From: an uncultured Acidimicrobiia bacterium
GTDB taxonomy: Bacteria > Acidobacteriota > Terriglobia > Versatilivoradales > Versatilivoraceae
Assembly (NCBI GenBank): GCA_963786955.1
Contig: CAWBAT010000005.1
Coordinates: 1,472,001-1,536,000, forward strand
Reading direction: 5' to 3'
DNA length: 64,000 bases
Shown: piece by piece, positions 40,976-51,875 of the stretch
Numbering within the stretch: the first letter of the stretch is position 1
Layout of the letters: each line of letters opens with the position of its first letter
Notes under the pieces: model-generated
Databases searched by the model: none
The model's input: the letters and a program-made list of their open reading frames with translations, nothing else
Told to the model about the DNA's origin: nothing
Program-made: the position numbers and the translations under genes

Positions 40976-41884
40976 TCAATATTTTACCAAATAGGGAGTG
41001 AGAAATTCTTTAGCGTTGGCGGTGACCTCCCAGGCTTCTGGCCAGAAACACAAATCCACCGTCAACCACTCACCCTGATACCCGGCATCTTTATAGATGG
41101 AATCCAGGACTTCGCCAAAATGGATGTAGCCTTCACCAAATGGGCGATGGGTGCTGGTTTCGTCGCCATGGAGGGTGCCATCGGAGTCGATCACGTGGAC
41201 GTGCCCGATCTTCCCCTTGAGCATTCGGGCAAATTCCGTTATTCCTCCTTTTAGGATCTCCTTGGTTCCTGGCTGGCGAGCCCCGATAACGCTGCACATG
41301 TATGCATGGCAAGTATCAAAAAGGACCGTAAAGTTGGGATGGTTGATGTCATTAACGAGCTGGACAATTTCAGACGGCTTATTGAACAAAAACCCGGGTT
41401 CAAATTCCCACACTACTTTAACTCCATGTCCCTCGGCCCTTTCTGAACAAGTTCGCCAAAGGCTGACGATGCGGCTCCGCGCAGTCTTGGCATCTACTCC
41501 GGGCACTCCATCCGGGCCGCTGACCGTGTCCACGCGGATGTTCGGCGACCCCAGGTCCGTACACAGCTTTAAGTTTTTTTCGAATAAATGGAGGTAGTAA
41601 TCATCTCGTTGCGCGGCATCCGTCCCAGGGCCTTTGTCCCCCCAAAAATCTGCTGCGAGTCCTGAGACGCGCAGGTTGCTGGCCTTAATCAAGGATCTTA
41701 CACGCTGGCGATCGGCATCGGAGGGATAGTCGTCGGGGTGAACGTGGGGTTTAAAGGCGCCAATCTCGACGCCGTCATATTTCAGTTCTCCTAACTTTTT
41801 CACAACGGTTTCAAAGGGGACGGGATTAGATTGATACGGTCCAAAGGCGTAGGCCCAGGTACCGATCGAAAGTAACTTAGCCAT
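40976..41884 (-). CDS. Sugar phosphate isomerase/epimerase (xylose-isomerase-like TIM barrel)
   Basis: YDGVE, WEFEP, FDTCH, HVHVID, HRPFGEG. Confidence 0.88.
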   Translation of the reverse strand: MAKLLSIGTWAYAFGPYQSNPVPFETVVKKLGELKYDGVEIGAFKPHVHPDDYPSDADRQRVRSLIKASNLRVSGLAADFWGDKGPGTDAAQRDDYYLHLFEKNLKLCTDLGSPNIRVDTVSGPDGVPGVDAKTARSRIVSLWRTCSERAEGHGVKVVWEFEPGFLFNKPSEIVQLVNDINHPNFTVLFDTCHAYMCSVIGARQPGTKEILKGGITEFARMLKGKIGHVHVIDSDGTLHGDETSTHRPFGEGYIHFGEVLDSIYKDAGYQGEWLTVDLCFWPEAWEVTANAKEFLTPYLVKY

Positions 41885-42078
41885 CGTAGAATTCTCCTCG
41901 GGTTTCGTGTGCCGTCTTCCAAGAGATATGATTAGAATCCGGATGAGAGCAGGGTCATTTTATGTGAACCCTGAAAGCTGTCAAGGGTAGAGTAAAGATT
42001 GATCATGGTTTCAGTCAGTCCGAATTCCGCGATTGACTTGAGACTATGCTCTGCATAACATCGTGACTCAAAACCCAT

Positions 42079-44565
42079 ATGCTCGGTAAAACCATTTCTC
42101 ATTATAAAATTCTGGAAAAGCTTGGTGGCGGCGGGATGGGGGTCGTCTATGAAGCCGAGGACCTCAAACTCAACCGCCATGTAGCTCTCAAGTTCTTGCC
42201 TGAAGATCTTGCTCGGGATAGGCAGGCCTTGGAACGCTTCCGGCGCGAAGCACGCGCGGCTTCCGCTCTGAACCACCCCAACATTTGTACGATCCACGAT
42301 GTGGACGAGTCGGATGGACAGCCTTTCATCGTCATGGAATTGATGGAAGGCAAAACGCTCCAAAGCACCATCTCAGGTAAACCGCTCAAGAACGAGCAGC
42401 TTTTGGAATTGGCTATTCAGATCTCCGACGCTCTCGATGCTGCTCACAGTAAGGGCATCGTGCATCGGGATATCAAACCCGCCAATATTTTCGTCACGCA
42501 ACGCGGACAGATTAAGCTCCTGGACTTTGGTCTGGCGAAAGCAGCAGCTCAGAATCAAAGGGTGAAGGACACTATGGCGGCGACCAGCTTGCTAACGGTG
42601 TCTCTCCCAGATCCTCACTTGACCAGCCCGGGCACCTCCGTGGGTACCGCCGCCTACATGTCTCCGGAGCAAGCACGTGGAGAAGAATTAGATGCCCGCA
42701 CCGACTTGTTTTCTTTTGGGGCGGTACTCTACGAGATGGCCACGGGTGATGCGCCCTTTAAGGGGAATACCGCAGCGGTCCTTTTTGACTCGATTTTGAA
42801 TCGCATTCCAACTTCAACGAGTAGGATTAATCCTGAGTTGCCAACGGAATTGGAACGGATCATTTGTAAAGCACTGGAAAAAGATCGTGAACTTCGCTAC
42901 CAGTCGGCATCGGATCTCAGAGGAGACCTGAAACGCTTAAAACGGGATCTGGAATCAACCCGACTGCGGGTAACCTCAAGAACTCCGGGCAAACAGAAGA
43001 CATTGGAAAAATGGGGTGGTGGAAAATGGGCAATTGCTGCAATGGCGGTGTTGCTTCTCGTCGTCATAGGCATCTGGGTGGCGAGGTCGAGGCAAGGCAG
43101 TCCGGCTTCTGGACCGCCACAATCTGCTGCAAAATCCGGATTGCGAACGGTTGCCGTCCTACCCTTTCGTGATCTGGCGTCCCAGGAAAAGAATCAGGCG
43201 TGGGGGATCGGAATGGCGGATGCCATTATTAGTCGCATGGCGACCCTGCAGAATCTCGCGGTCCGTCCCACAAGCTCAGTTTTGAAATATGTGCAGGCTC
43301 CTGCTGATCCGGCTCAGGTGGCCCAGGAACTTGAAGTGGAATCTGTTCTAGAGGGAACATTCCAGCGGGTGGGGGATGTAATGCGCGTTTCGGTGCTTCT
43401 CAGCGACCCTAAGAGCCGTTCGACCCGCTGGGCCCAACGGTACGACTTGCGAGCAAAAGATATGTTGATGTTCCAAGACGAGGTCGCCCAGAAAGTGGTC
43501 GAAGGATTGAGTGTGTCCGTCACTGAGGCAGAGCATGCTTCGATGACTGCCCCAATGACGCAGTCGCCGGAAGCCTATAATCTTTATATCCAGGCCCGCT
43601 TTTATTGGAACGAGTACGCCATGAGATCACGCGTGGAAAGCCTCCAGCGTGGTCGAACCCTTCTCGAGCAAGCTATCAAATTAGATCCCACATTTGTCCA
43701 GGCCTATACTTTATTGGCTGATTTGTGTCTGTTGGAAGCGGCGAACTTTGTGGATAACGCTCGTGATAATCTGGCGCATGCGGAACAGATGGCTCAGAAA
43801 GCCATGGAATTAGATCCGCGTCTGGCAGACGTTTATATATCGATGGGCGGGATTTACATTCAACTCGGACGCAATGTGGAGGCCATTGAGAAACTCAAAA
43901 AGGGTGTAAGCATGGCCCCAAACTCAGACTGGGCACAGGATATGTTGGCTTATGCCTATCACTATACTGGCTTAATCGAGCTGGCTGAGAAGGGATTCCG
44001 TCGGAGCATTGAGCTAAACCCAACTTCCCTTCGACTTTACTGGATGCATGCGCGCCAGTTGCTTTACCTTGGGAAAACCAAAGAGGCGGAAGAGGAAATG
44101 CGGCAGGTATTGGCCAATAGTCCAGACCAATACAAAGCCATGGCTTATCTGGGTGAATTTCTCTATTACCAGGGGAAAGTCGCCGAAGCCGAACCGCTGC
44201 TTCTCCGTGCCAAAGAACTTGGCGGTCCCCAAGGTGATGACGCCCCATTGTATTTTCTGGGATTCTTGTATGCCTCACAAGGCCAAGGTCAAAGAATAGA
44301 CCCCAAGATCCTTGGTTTCAAGCGGGACGGGGTGATTGACGGAGATGGCGCCTATTGGATCAGCTCAATCTATTGCCTGCTTGGTGAAAAGAAACAGGCC
44401 TTAGCCTGGTTTCACCGAAGCATGGAACTGGGGAATCATAATTATCCCTGGTTCCAACGAGACAAGAATTTTGACAAACTGCGCGGCGATCCGGAATATC
44501 AACAAATGATGGACCAAATTCGCCAACATTATGAGCGCTATCGTGAGCTCTTCGGAAAAGGATAA
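42079..44565 (+). CDS. Ser/Thr protein kinase with TolB-like domain and TPR repeats
   Basis: [31 protein letters not shown]; hydrophobic segment; VAVLPF; TPRs. Confidence 0.94.
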   Translation: MLGKTISHYKILEKLGGGGMGVVYEAEDLKLNRHVALKFLPEDLARDRQALERFRREARAASALNHPNICTIHDVDESDGQPFIVMELMEGKTLQSTISGKPLKNEQLLELAIQISDALDAAHSKGIVHRDIKPANIFVTQRGQIKLLDFGLAKAAAQNQRVKDTMAATSLLTVSLPDPHLTSPGTSVGTAAYMSPEQARGEELDARTDLFSFGAVLYEMATGDAPFKGNTAAVLFDSILNRIPTSTSRINPELPTELERIICKALEKDRELRYQSASDLRGDLKRLKRDLESTRLRVTSRTPGKQKTLEKWGGGKWAIAAMAVLLLVVIGIWVARSRQGSPASGPPQSAAKSGLRTVAVLPFRDLASQEKNQAWGIGMADAIISRMATLQNLAVRPTSSVLKYVQAPADPAQVAQELEVESVLEGTFQRVGDVMRVSVLLSDPKSRSTRWAQRYDLRAKDMLMFQDEVAQKVVEGLSVSVTEAEHASMTAPMTQSPEAYNLYIQARFYWNEYAMRSRVESLQRGRTLLEQAIKLDPTFVQAYTLLADLCLLEAANFVDNARDNLAHAEQMAQKAMELDPRLADVYISMGGIYIQLGRNVEAIEKLKKGVSMAPNSDWAQDMLAYAYHYTGLIELAEKGFRRSIELNPTSLRLYWMHARQLLYLGKTKEAEEEMRQVLANSPDQYKAMAYLGEFLYYQGKVAEAEPLLLRAKELGGPQGDDAPLYFLGFLYASQGQGQRIDPKILGFKRDGVIDGDGAYWISSIYCLLGEKKQALAWFHRSMELGNHNYPWFQRDKNFDKLRGDPEYQQMMDQIRQHYERYRELFGKG

Positions 44566-44588
44566 GACGTAGGGCGAGAGTTGCGAGC

Positions 44589-46073
44589 CTATGCCAAAAC
44601 CTTGCTGACAACTTCCCCGCCGATATCCGTCAGCCGGAAGTAGCGCCCTTGATACTTGTAAGTTAGCCGCGTATGGTCAATCCCCAGGCAATGCAGAATG
44701 GTAGCCTGCAGGTCAAACACATGAACGGGATTTTCGATGATGTTGTAGCAATAGTCATCGGTGGCTCCAAAGGTCATTCCCGGCTTGATTCCTCCGCCCG
44801 CCATCCAAACCGTAAAGCAGCGAGGGTGGTGGTCCCGCCCATAATCCTCAGGGGTTAATTTCCCCTGACAATAAATCGTGCGGCCAAACTCTCCGCCCCA
44901 GACGACGAGCGTGTCGTCCAGCAATCCCCGCTGTTTAAGATCGGTGATCAGCGCTGCCGAAGCCTGGTCCGTGTCACGGCACTGGCCGACGATTTGTTTC
45001 GGCAGCGTGTAATGTTGGTCCCAACCTCTGTGGAAAAGCTGAATGAAACGCACGCCCCGCTCCGTGAGACGCCTCGCCAGCAAGCAATTGGCCGCGAACG
45101 TCCCGGGTTTGCGGGAATCGGGGCCATAAAGATCGAAAACTTCAGACGGCTCGCCGGAGAGATCTGTCAATTCAGGTACAGAGGTCTGCATGCGGTAGGC
45201 CATTTCGTATTGGGCGATTCGGGTAGAGATTTCTGGATCGCCGAATTCTTCCAGACCTAGCTGATTGAGCTGGGCTAAGTCGTCGAGAAATCGCCGGCGG
45301 GCGGAAGCTGAAATCCCAGGCGGATTCGAAAGGTAGAGTACCGGGTCGGCGCCAGAGCGGAATTTGACTCCCTGATACCTTGAAGGCAAAAACCCGCTTC
45401 CCCAGAGACGGTCATAAAGTGGCTGGTCCGCAGGATTCCCCGATCCCTGTGAGACCATGACGACAAATGCCGGGAGATCTTTGTTCTCACTCCCTAATCC
45501 GTAAGATAACCACGCACCAATGCTGGGTCTGCCGGCCAACTGGGCGCCTGTCTGAAAGAAAGTGATGGCCGGGTCGTGATTGATCGCTTCCGTATGCATG
45601 GATTTGATGAAGCAGAGATCATCCACAACCTTAGCCGTTTGTGGCATAAGTTCACTGACCCAGGCTCCAGATTGTCCGTGTTGCGCAAACTTGAAGATAG
45701 AAGGAACCACAGGAAAGCTGGATTGTGCAGAGGTCATCCCGGTGAGACGCTGGCCTTTGCGAATGGAATCGGGCAGTTCCGCTCCTCGAACATCATTGAT
45801 TTTCGGCTTGTAGTCAAACAACTCTATTTGCGAGGGCGCGCCTGACTGAAATAGATAAATCACCCGCTTAGCTTTGGGCAGAAAGTTGGGGAAGCCAGTC
45901 AGTCCTCCTGGGCTCTTAACGAAATCGCCCGTTGCCTGGGCCGTTCCAGAGATTTCTGCCTGCAGATCTTCGTTGAGCAGAGATGCCAGAGCTGCGATGC
46001 CAATCCCGCGTCCGGTTAGACCGAAAAAATGACGACGGGTCAGCTGAAGCTTTCTGTCAATTAAAGGGGTCAT
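44589..46073 (-). CDS. DUF1501 domain protein (Tat signal)
   Basis: [35 protein letters not shown]. Confidence 0.93.
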   Translation of the reverse strand: MTPLIDRKLQLTRRHFFGLTGRGIGIAALASLLNEDLQAEISGTAQATGDFVKSPGGLTGFPNFLPKAKRVIYLFQSGAPSQIELFDYKPKINDVRGAELPDSIRKGQRLTGMTSAQSSFPVVPSIFKFAQHGQSGAWVSELMPQTAKVVDDLCFIKSMHTEAINHDPAITFFQTGAQLAGRPSIGAWLSYGLGSENKDLPAFVVMVSQGSGNPADQPLYDRLWGSGFLPSRYQGVKFRSGADPVLYLSNPPGISASARRRFLDDLAQLNQLGLEEFGDPEISTRIAQYEMAYRMQTSVPELTDLSGEPSEVFDLYGPDSRKPGTFAANCLLARRLTERGVRFIQLFHRGWDQHYTLPKQIVGQCRDTDQASAALITDLKQRGLLDDTLVVWGGEFGRTIYCQGKLTPEDYGRDHHPRCFTVWMAGGGIKPGMTFGATDDYCYNIIENPVHVFDLQATILHCLGIDHTRLTYKYQGRYFRLTDIGGEVVSKVLA

Positions 46074-46076
46074 ACT

Positions 46077-49000
46077 CTATTCCTTACTAATAGTTTGATC
46101 CAAATTAAGAATCAGGCTGGCCATCGTAGTATAGGCGGCCAGTTCCACCACATCCAGTTTCTGATTGATCGGGTATTCTCCTGCGCTAATTAACTTCACC
46201 GCGGACTGAGGGTCCTTCTGGAATTGGTCAAGCTGAAACTGGAACCCGGCCCGCAGTTTTTCACGCTCAACCGAAGTTGGCCAGCGGGAGGTGGCAAGGC
46301 GGAAAGCAAAGCTTAAACGGTCTTCCGGCAAAGGCCCGCCTTCAGTCATGATCCGCTGAGCCAGCACTCGTGCCGCTTCCACATAGTTGATATCATTCAT
46401 CAAATTCAATGCTTGCAGGGGAGTATTGGTGCGTGTTTGGCGAACAGTGCAGGTCTCACGGGATGGGGCATCAAACGTCACCATTCCCGGGGGAGCAACC
46501 GTTCGTTTCCAAAAAGTATACAAACTTCGCCGATAGAGATTTTCTCCTTTGTCCGGTTGGTAGTCTTCTCCGCCGCTCAGATCCTTCCAGAGCCCTTCCG
46601 GTTGAAGGGGTTTGACGGACTGGCCTCCCACCTTTTCCACTAAAAGGCCACTGATCGCCAGGGCTTGATCGCGAACGATCTCCGCAGAGAGTCGTATCCG
46701 CGGCCCTCTGGCCAGCAACCAGTTTTCTGGATCGCGCGCGAGCAGCGCGGGTGTTGTGCGGGACGATTGGCGATACGTGGCACTCATGGTAATTTGTTTC
46801 TGCAGCCCCTTCACATCCCATCCGCTCCTGACAAACTCCGTAGCCAACCAGTCCAACAAAGCAGGGTGTGTGGGCCATTCGCCTTGCGAGCCAAAATTTT
46901 CGACGGTTCTCACCAGCCCATTTCCAAAATACATTTGCCAGAATCGGTTCACGACTACCCGTGCAGTCAGTGGATTGTTTGGGTCGACCAGCCATCTGGC
47001 TAGCGCCAAACGGTTGTTGGGCAGGCCTTCAGGAAGAGGATGGAGAGCCACCGGAACTGCCGGTCTTATCCGGTCACCCTTCCGATCATACGCTCCTCGG
47101 ATGAGAAGGAAGGAATCTCTGGGAGGATTCATCTCCTGCATCACCATGGTGGTGGGAATGGTTTCGATCAGCTTTTCCCGCTGCCGTCGCAAGGTAATCA
47201 TTCTTTGCCGGGTTTTCTGGATCGATTCGGGCGCATCGGTTGCGACGAAAAATGCCTGAAGTTTGGCGACCTGAAGGTCAGTGCGCTTCTCCGGCGGGAT
47301 AACAAGGATCTCATTAATTCGATCCGTAGAGGAGACCAGCCAAACTTCTTCAGAATCTAACACGCGGTTGTAGACTCTTGCGTCATCAATAAAACCATGG
47401 AAGCGATTCTCTGGGCCACCGCCGCCGCCAATTCGGAAAGGTTCTGTGGACTTAAACGTTTGATAAAACTCGTCCAGCAAAACCTTAATCTCGGCAGGTT
47501 TCCCGTCAATATAAATTTTGGCCCCATCGGCTGTACGGGAACCGTCATAAGAGACAGTGACGTGGTACCAATGCCCCGGAGACAAAGTTTGTTGCGTCTC
47601 AATGCGTAATGCATCATCCAACCAGCGCTGAACCAGGTCGAACTGGAGTTTCCCGTTAACGAGATAAAGCCCGTACCCCATCTCTTTGTTGAGGTCTTTG
47701 GTACGCGTGAAAATGGCGCCGCCCTTTTCGTCCAGTGGATAAACCCAGGCTGCCATAGAAAATTTGTCATAAAATCCATAGTCCGCCACATTTCCTGCAT
47801 CGATAAAACGTTTCCCATCGAAGTTGGCGGCCAGCCCGATTTGCCCAGGCCCGTAGTTGGGGTTGCCATCACGAAAGGAGGGCGGCGCGACTTTCTCATT
47901 CGTCGGTTTAGAGGCCCGATCGATGGTGTTCCCATCCAATGGGAAATATGCTTCCAGCCCATCCGTGATTGACCAGTCGATCATTCGTGACCGGTCAAAG
48001 TTTTTCTCCCAGGATTGTTCAGCGGCGACTAATTGGGGCTGCAAATTTTTCCACTCCTTCTCGGCCTCCCCGAGACGTTTGTCCAGCTCTCTGAGTTCTA
48101 GTTGTTGCTGGGATGTCGGAGTCTGGATCACTGGCGGAGAATTGCCGTATTTGTTCGCGTGGCCTTTTTCGGGGACGTTGTTGAAATAGGCGAAAAGCTG
48201 GTAGTACTCCTTCTGCGTGATGGGGTCATATTTGTGATCGTGGCAACGAGCGCAGCCCATGGTCAGCCCAAGCCAGACTGTGGATGTCGTATCCACACGG
48301 TCAACAACATATTCCACGGCATATTCTTCCGGGATGATCCCCCCTTCGCCATTTCCACGGTGATTCCGGTTGAAGCCTGTGGCCAGCTTCTGCTCAAGCG
48401 TGGCATTAGGGAGCAAGTCTCCACCAATCTGCTCGATCGTGAACTGATCGAATGGCATATTGCGATTAAATGCATCGATCACCCAATCCCGCCACCGCCA
48501 CATCGTTCGTTCGGCATCAGTTTGATATCCATTGGTGTCGGCATAGCGAGCTGCTTCCAACCAGCGAATCGCCATACGCTCTCCATAACGCGGAGATTGG
48601 AGCAGGCGGTCGACAAGCTTTCCGTAGGCATCAGGAGAATGGTCTGACAAGAAAGTGTCAATTTCCTTTGGAGTTGGAGGGAGCCCAGTCAAATCCAGTG
48701 TCACTCGACGAATCAGCGTCTCAGGCGTAGCCTCCGGGGAGGGAGTAAGGCCTTCCCGTTCCAACCGCTCGAGCACAAAGTAGTCAATCGGGTTGCGTAC
48801 CCAGGGTCTGTCCTTTACTTTGGGGAGGTCTGGCGTAACCGGAGGGATGAACGACCAGTGCTTCTGCCATTTCGCACCCTGCTCGATCCATTGCCGGACG
48901 AGGGCAATTTGGCTGGTCGTAAGCTTCCGTTCCGAATAAATAGGGGGCATGCGTCTGGATTCATCTTCAGTCGAAATTCGAAGGTATAACTCGCTCTTTT

Positions 49001-49277
49001 CGGGATCGCCGGGAACAACCGCCTGGTGCCCTCCTAAGTCAGTAAAGACACTCGCTTCGTTGTCCAATCGAAGGCTAGTTTTTCGATTGGCTTTGTCTGG
49101 GCCATGACAGGTGTAACAATTGTCAGAAAGAATGGGACGAATATCGCGGTTGAATTCGACAGACCCTGCTGAAGAAGATCCTAGGCTGAAGGCGAAGAGG
49201 CCCAGGCCCCGGAACAGGAATGGCAGGCTAGAAAAGAAGATCAGACTGGTAAAAATCTTTAATGGCTTGAAGTACAT
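46077..49277 (-). CDS. Planctomycete cytochrome c + DUF1549 + LamG + DUF1553 protein
   Basis: CYTCH, CARCHDHKYDP, LamG-like insert (FSMAAWV, WYHVTVSYDG, FHGFIDDARVYNRVL), TNTPLQALNLMN. Confidence 0.92.
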   Translation of the reverse strand: MYFKPLKIFTSLIFFSSLPFLFRGLGLFAFSLGSSSAGSVEFNRDIRPILSDNCYTCHGPDKANRKTSLRLDNEASVFTDLGGHQAVVPGDPEKSELYLRISTEDESRRMPPIYSERKLTTSQIALVRQWIEQGAKWQKHWSFIPPVTPDLPKVKDRPWVRNPIDYFVLERLEREGLTPSPEATPETLIRRVTLDLTGLPPTPKEIDTFLSDHSPDAYGKLVDRLLQSPRYGERMAIRWLEAARYADTNGYQTDAERTMWRWRDWVIDAFNRNMPFDQFTIEQIGGDLLPNATLEQKLATGFNRNHRGNGEGGIIPEEYAVEYVVDRVDTTSTVWLGLTMGCARCHDHKYDPITQKEYYQLFAYFNNVPEKGHANKYGNSPPVIQTPTSQQQLELRELDKRLGEAEKEWKNLQPQLVAAEQSWEKNFDRSRMIDWSITDGLEAYFPLDGNTIDRASKPTNEKVAPPSFRDGNPNYGPGQIGLAANFDGKRFIDAGNVADYGFYDKFSMAAWVYPLDEKGGAIFTRTKDLNKEMGYGLYLVNGKLQFDLVQRWLDDALRIETQQTLSPGHWYHVTVSYDGSRTADGAKIYIDGKPAEIKVLLDEFYQTFKSTEPFRIGGGGGPENRFHGFIDDARVYNRVLDSEEVWLVSSTDRINEILVIPPEKRTDLQVAKLQAFFVATDAPESIQKTRQRMITLRRQREKLIETIPTTMVMQEMNPPRDSFLLIRGAYDRKGDRIRPAVPVALHPLPEGLPNNRLALARWLVDPNNPLTARVVVNRFWQMYFGNGLVRTVENFGSQGEWPTHPALLDWLATEFVRSGWDVKGLQKQITMSATYRQSSRTTPALLARDPENWLLARGPRIRLSAEIVRDQALAISGLLVEKVGGQSVKPLQPEGLWKDLSGGEDYQPDKGENLYRRSLYTFWKRTVAPPGMVTFDAPSRETCTVRQTRTNTPLQALNLMNDINYVEAARVLAQRIMTEGGPLPEDRLSFAFRLATSRWPTSVEREKLRAGFQFQLDQFQKDPQSAVKLISAGEYPINQKLDVVELAAYTTMASLILNLDQTISKE

Positions 49278-49529
49278 CAGAATTCGATCTCAAACACGTT
49301 CATCATAGCTAGAATACTTAAATTATAAGGTCTTTCAAGCCGAATCATACACCTCTTTGATTCCTGCCGGAGGGGACAAAGAAGCAAAGTGTCTATCGAG
49401 TCTTACGATGCTGCCAGACCGGACTCTAATTATCTCATAGTGGTTCATCGCCGGTAAGGTTTCAGATCAGAGCCGTTGCACATTCAAACGTCGGGGTTTG
49501 AGATCCGCAATGTGTGCGCGGTGGATGGA

Positions 49530-49564
49530 AATAAAGGGTGGGTCGAGAGTTGCGAAACCCACCC
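49530..49564 (-). terminator. Rho-independent terminator after the BON gene
   Basis: gggtgggt/acccaccc stem followed on the minus strand by tttattt. Confidence 0.75.
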
Positions 49565-49617
49565 GGAAAGGGAAAAGCGATGACGCGCAATAACTCAAAG
49601 ATTTGGAGTCCAGCCCA

Positions 49618-50613
49618 TTATTCTTTCGGCGGAAGCGTAAAGGTGACCGGTGCTGACAGCCTGAAATCCAGCTTGGTTTCGGACGGAATCTTGACCTGCT
49701 TGCCTTTCATGATGAGCTGGGAACCAGCACCCGCACCAGCTCCAATGCCGGCGCCGATGGCTGCTCCCTTTCCACCACCGGCAATGGCGCCGATACCCGC
49801 ACCGATGGCGGCTCCGAGGCCGGTTTTCTTGGCCGTTTCTTTCCCCCTGGATTTGCCGACCTCTTGGACGGATGAAGATGACAACGGATAAGACTTGCCT
49901 TTTAGGACAATATGGTCAAGAGCTACTTCCAGCTCGCTTTGACCCTTGAACTTACCAGACGTCTTAGCTTCCAGAAGCTTCACAGTAACATTTGCCCCTT
50001 TAGGAACGACGACTTGACTGCCGGATACCAGTGGAGAATCCAAAGAAGCCTGGAAGGTTTCGCCAGGCTGATTCGTCTTTGAATCGATGGTATCGATCAT
50101 TTGGACTCGTACATCGGTTCCTTCTGGAATCGTGAATTTTCGAGGCGGTGGTGGCGGTGGTGGGGGCGGTGGCGGCGCAGGTTGAGTAGGGGGCGCTACC
50201 GCCTCAGCGGGAGGAGCGTCGCTAGTCGGAACGTTAGCAACGGTTGCCGGGCTACCTGCCGCGGGTTGACGAGTTCGCAAAGGCTCACCCTGACCCGGTG
50301 CCGACGGCGCACTGGCCGATTGGCCGGGAGATTGCAGCTGGTCGATGACCTTTTTCACTCCCTCCGTACCCTGCGCGACTGTGACGGCCTGCTGGCGGAC
50401 GGCATCGCTCGAGACTTGTCCTGCGAGCGTCACCTCTCCATTGGCGACCGCAACTTGAATATTTTCAGCCTTCAGCTGGGGATCTGAATAAAAGCGACCC
50501 TTGATGGCGTCGCTGGTTGCGACATCCGAAGGAGCCTTTGAACAGGCCACGAGGGCAAGCATAAGCCAAAGGCCCAGAAGGGCCCTTAACAAGTGTATTG
50601 TCTTTGATGACAT
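49618..50613 (-). CDS. BON-domain lipoprotein with Pro-rich linker and glycine-zipper C-terminal domain
   Basis: Lipobox LVAC, BON (IQVAVANGEVTLAG..GVKKVIDQL), poly-Pro, GAAIGAGIGAIAGG. Confidence 0.85.
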   Translation of the reverse strand: MSSKTIHLLRALLGLWLMLALVACSKAPSDVATSDAIKGRFYSDPQLKAENIQVAVANGEVTLAGQVSSDAVRQQAVTVAQGTEGVKKVIDQLQSPGQSASAPSAPGQGEPLRTRQPAAGSPATVANVPTSDAPPAEAVAPPTQPAPPPPPPPPPPPRKFTIPEGTDVRVQMIDTIDSKTNQPGETFQASLDSPLVSGSQVVVPKGANVTVKLLEAKTSGKFKGQSELEVALDHIVLKGKSYPLSSSSVQEVGKSRGKETAKKTGLGAAIGAGIGAIAGGGKGAAIGAGIGAGAGAGSQLIMKGKQVKIPSETKLDFRLSAPVTFTLPPKE

Positions 50614-50739
50614 AAGACGATCTCCTCTTCCCATAGATTTTTCTACAGCACAATTGAAATAGGGATTCTTGTCAATTAAACCTTACCTTACGATAATTTC
50701 GTCGTCAATCTCGCCGTCCCGAAGCGGGAAGACCCAAAC

Positions 50740-51753
50740 TCAGCGGTTTCCGAGAGCAATCAGGATTGTTGCAAAAGTCAATAGAACCAGGCCAGCTGAG
50801 AGCAAAGCCAAAGTCCCTCTGCTCGCACCACTCCATTCCCCGGTCACGATTCCCGAGACATTTGCCGTCATGATCATGAAGATATTATACAATGCCCAGC
50901 CGACCGATGTTCCCAAACTTCCGATATATGCGGCACTCATCCCATATAGGGCAAACGCGCCGGTCCACAAAAGTCCCATCAAGCTTCCAAAAAAGAGATC
51001 AGGTTGTAAGGGCGAAAAAAAAGACCAACTCTTTTTTTGACGGAGAAGATAGAGGCTGTAGAGCAGATTTGGCAGAAATCCGCCGGCTAGAGAAATGGGA
51101 AGAATCGCATAGGAGGCATTGGCCAGCGAGGACCCGCGTCGAACAGCCTCTTGGGCGATATCCTGTCCAAAGGCAAAGGAATAATTCAGCATGGGCGCCG
51201 TAAGGCCGCAGATGATGGCGAGAGTCAATGCGCTTGCGTAACCGCTTGTCAAGCCTGGGTTAGGCGGGTCACTCAAACGCCGCTCTCTTTGCCGCCCTGC
51301 CCAGCCCGCGACGATAATTCCAGCCACCATGACAACCATGCCGGTCACGATCAAATTTCCCTTCGAGGTGCCAAAAATGTCACGGTTCTTAAAGAATAAC
51401 GGGACGAAAGTTCCGAGGACAGCTGAGAAGCCAATGATAATGGCATAGCCAAGTGCTAGACCCAGCCGGGCAATGGAGAGGCCGAACAATATCTGGGCAA
51501 CCCCCCAACCTGCGCCAAATAGAAAAGGAACGGCAAGTTGGTGAGAGGTTAGGCTCAAGTAAACCGCACGGACGTTCCCAATAAATAAAAGAGCGAATAA
51601 CCAAGGGAGCACGACCAGGGAGACCAGGTTAAAGACCAGCCAGGTGTTTTCCCACTTCCAGTGACGGACAAATTTGGCGGGCAACATGCAATTGCCAGCG
51701 AAGAGGCCTGCCATAAACGTCAGGAAGATCCCCAGCCCCACATCCGCGGTCAT
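50740..51753 (-). CDS. RhaT-family (L-rhamnose/H+ symporter-like) sugar permease
   Basis: P.KFVRHWKWENTW, GAGWG, LG.ALGY.I..G, GEW; 10 TM helices. Confidence 0.85.
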   Translation of the reverse strand: MTADVGLGIFLTFMAGLFAGNCMLPAKFVRHWKWENTWLVFNLVSLVVLPWLFALLFIGNVRAVYLSLTSHQLAVPFLFGAGWGVAQILFGLSIARLGLALGYAIIIGFSAVLGTFVPLFFKNRDIFGTSKGNLIVTGMVVMVAGIIVAGWAGRQRERRLSDPPNPGLTSGYASALTLAIICGLTAPMLNYSFAFGQDIAQEAVRRGSSLANASYAILPISLAGGFLPNLLYSLYLLRQKKSWSFFSPLQPDLFFGSLMGLLWTGAFALYGMSAAYIGSLGTSVGWALYNIFMIMTANVSGIVTGEWSGASRGTLALLSAGLVLLTFATILIALGNR

Positions 51754-51875
51754 CTATTGGTCTCCCGAATTCCTGTGGAATTGAATACGATCTCAGCCTG
51801 TCAAAGGCTTCCAGGATATTTTGATTTTTCTCCCATGTGTCAAGGCCCCGTGTTGGCGCGAGGATCCCCTGAGCC

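Noticed and set aside
41932-42363. 143-aa minus-strand ORF ([12 protein letters not shown]...)
   Set aside because: Antisense shadow of the conserved kinase domain; no independent evidence of coding
50143-50178. GGC/GGT trinucleotide-like repeat
   Set aside because: Encodes the poly-proline linker of the BON protein
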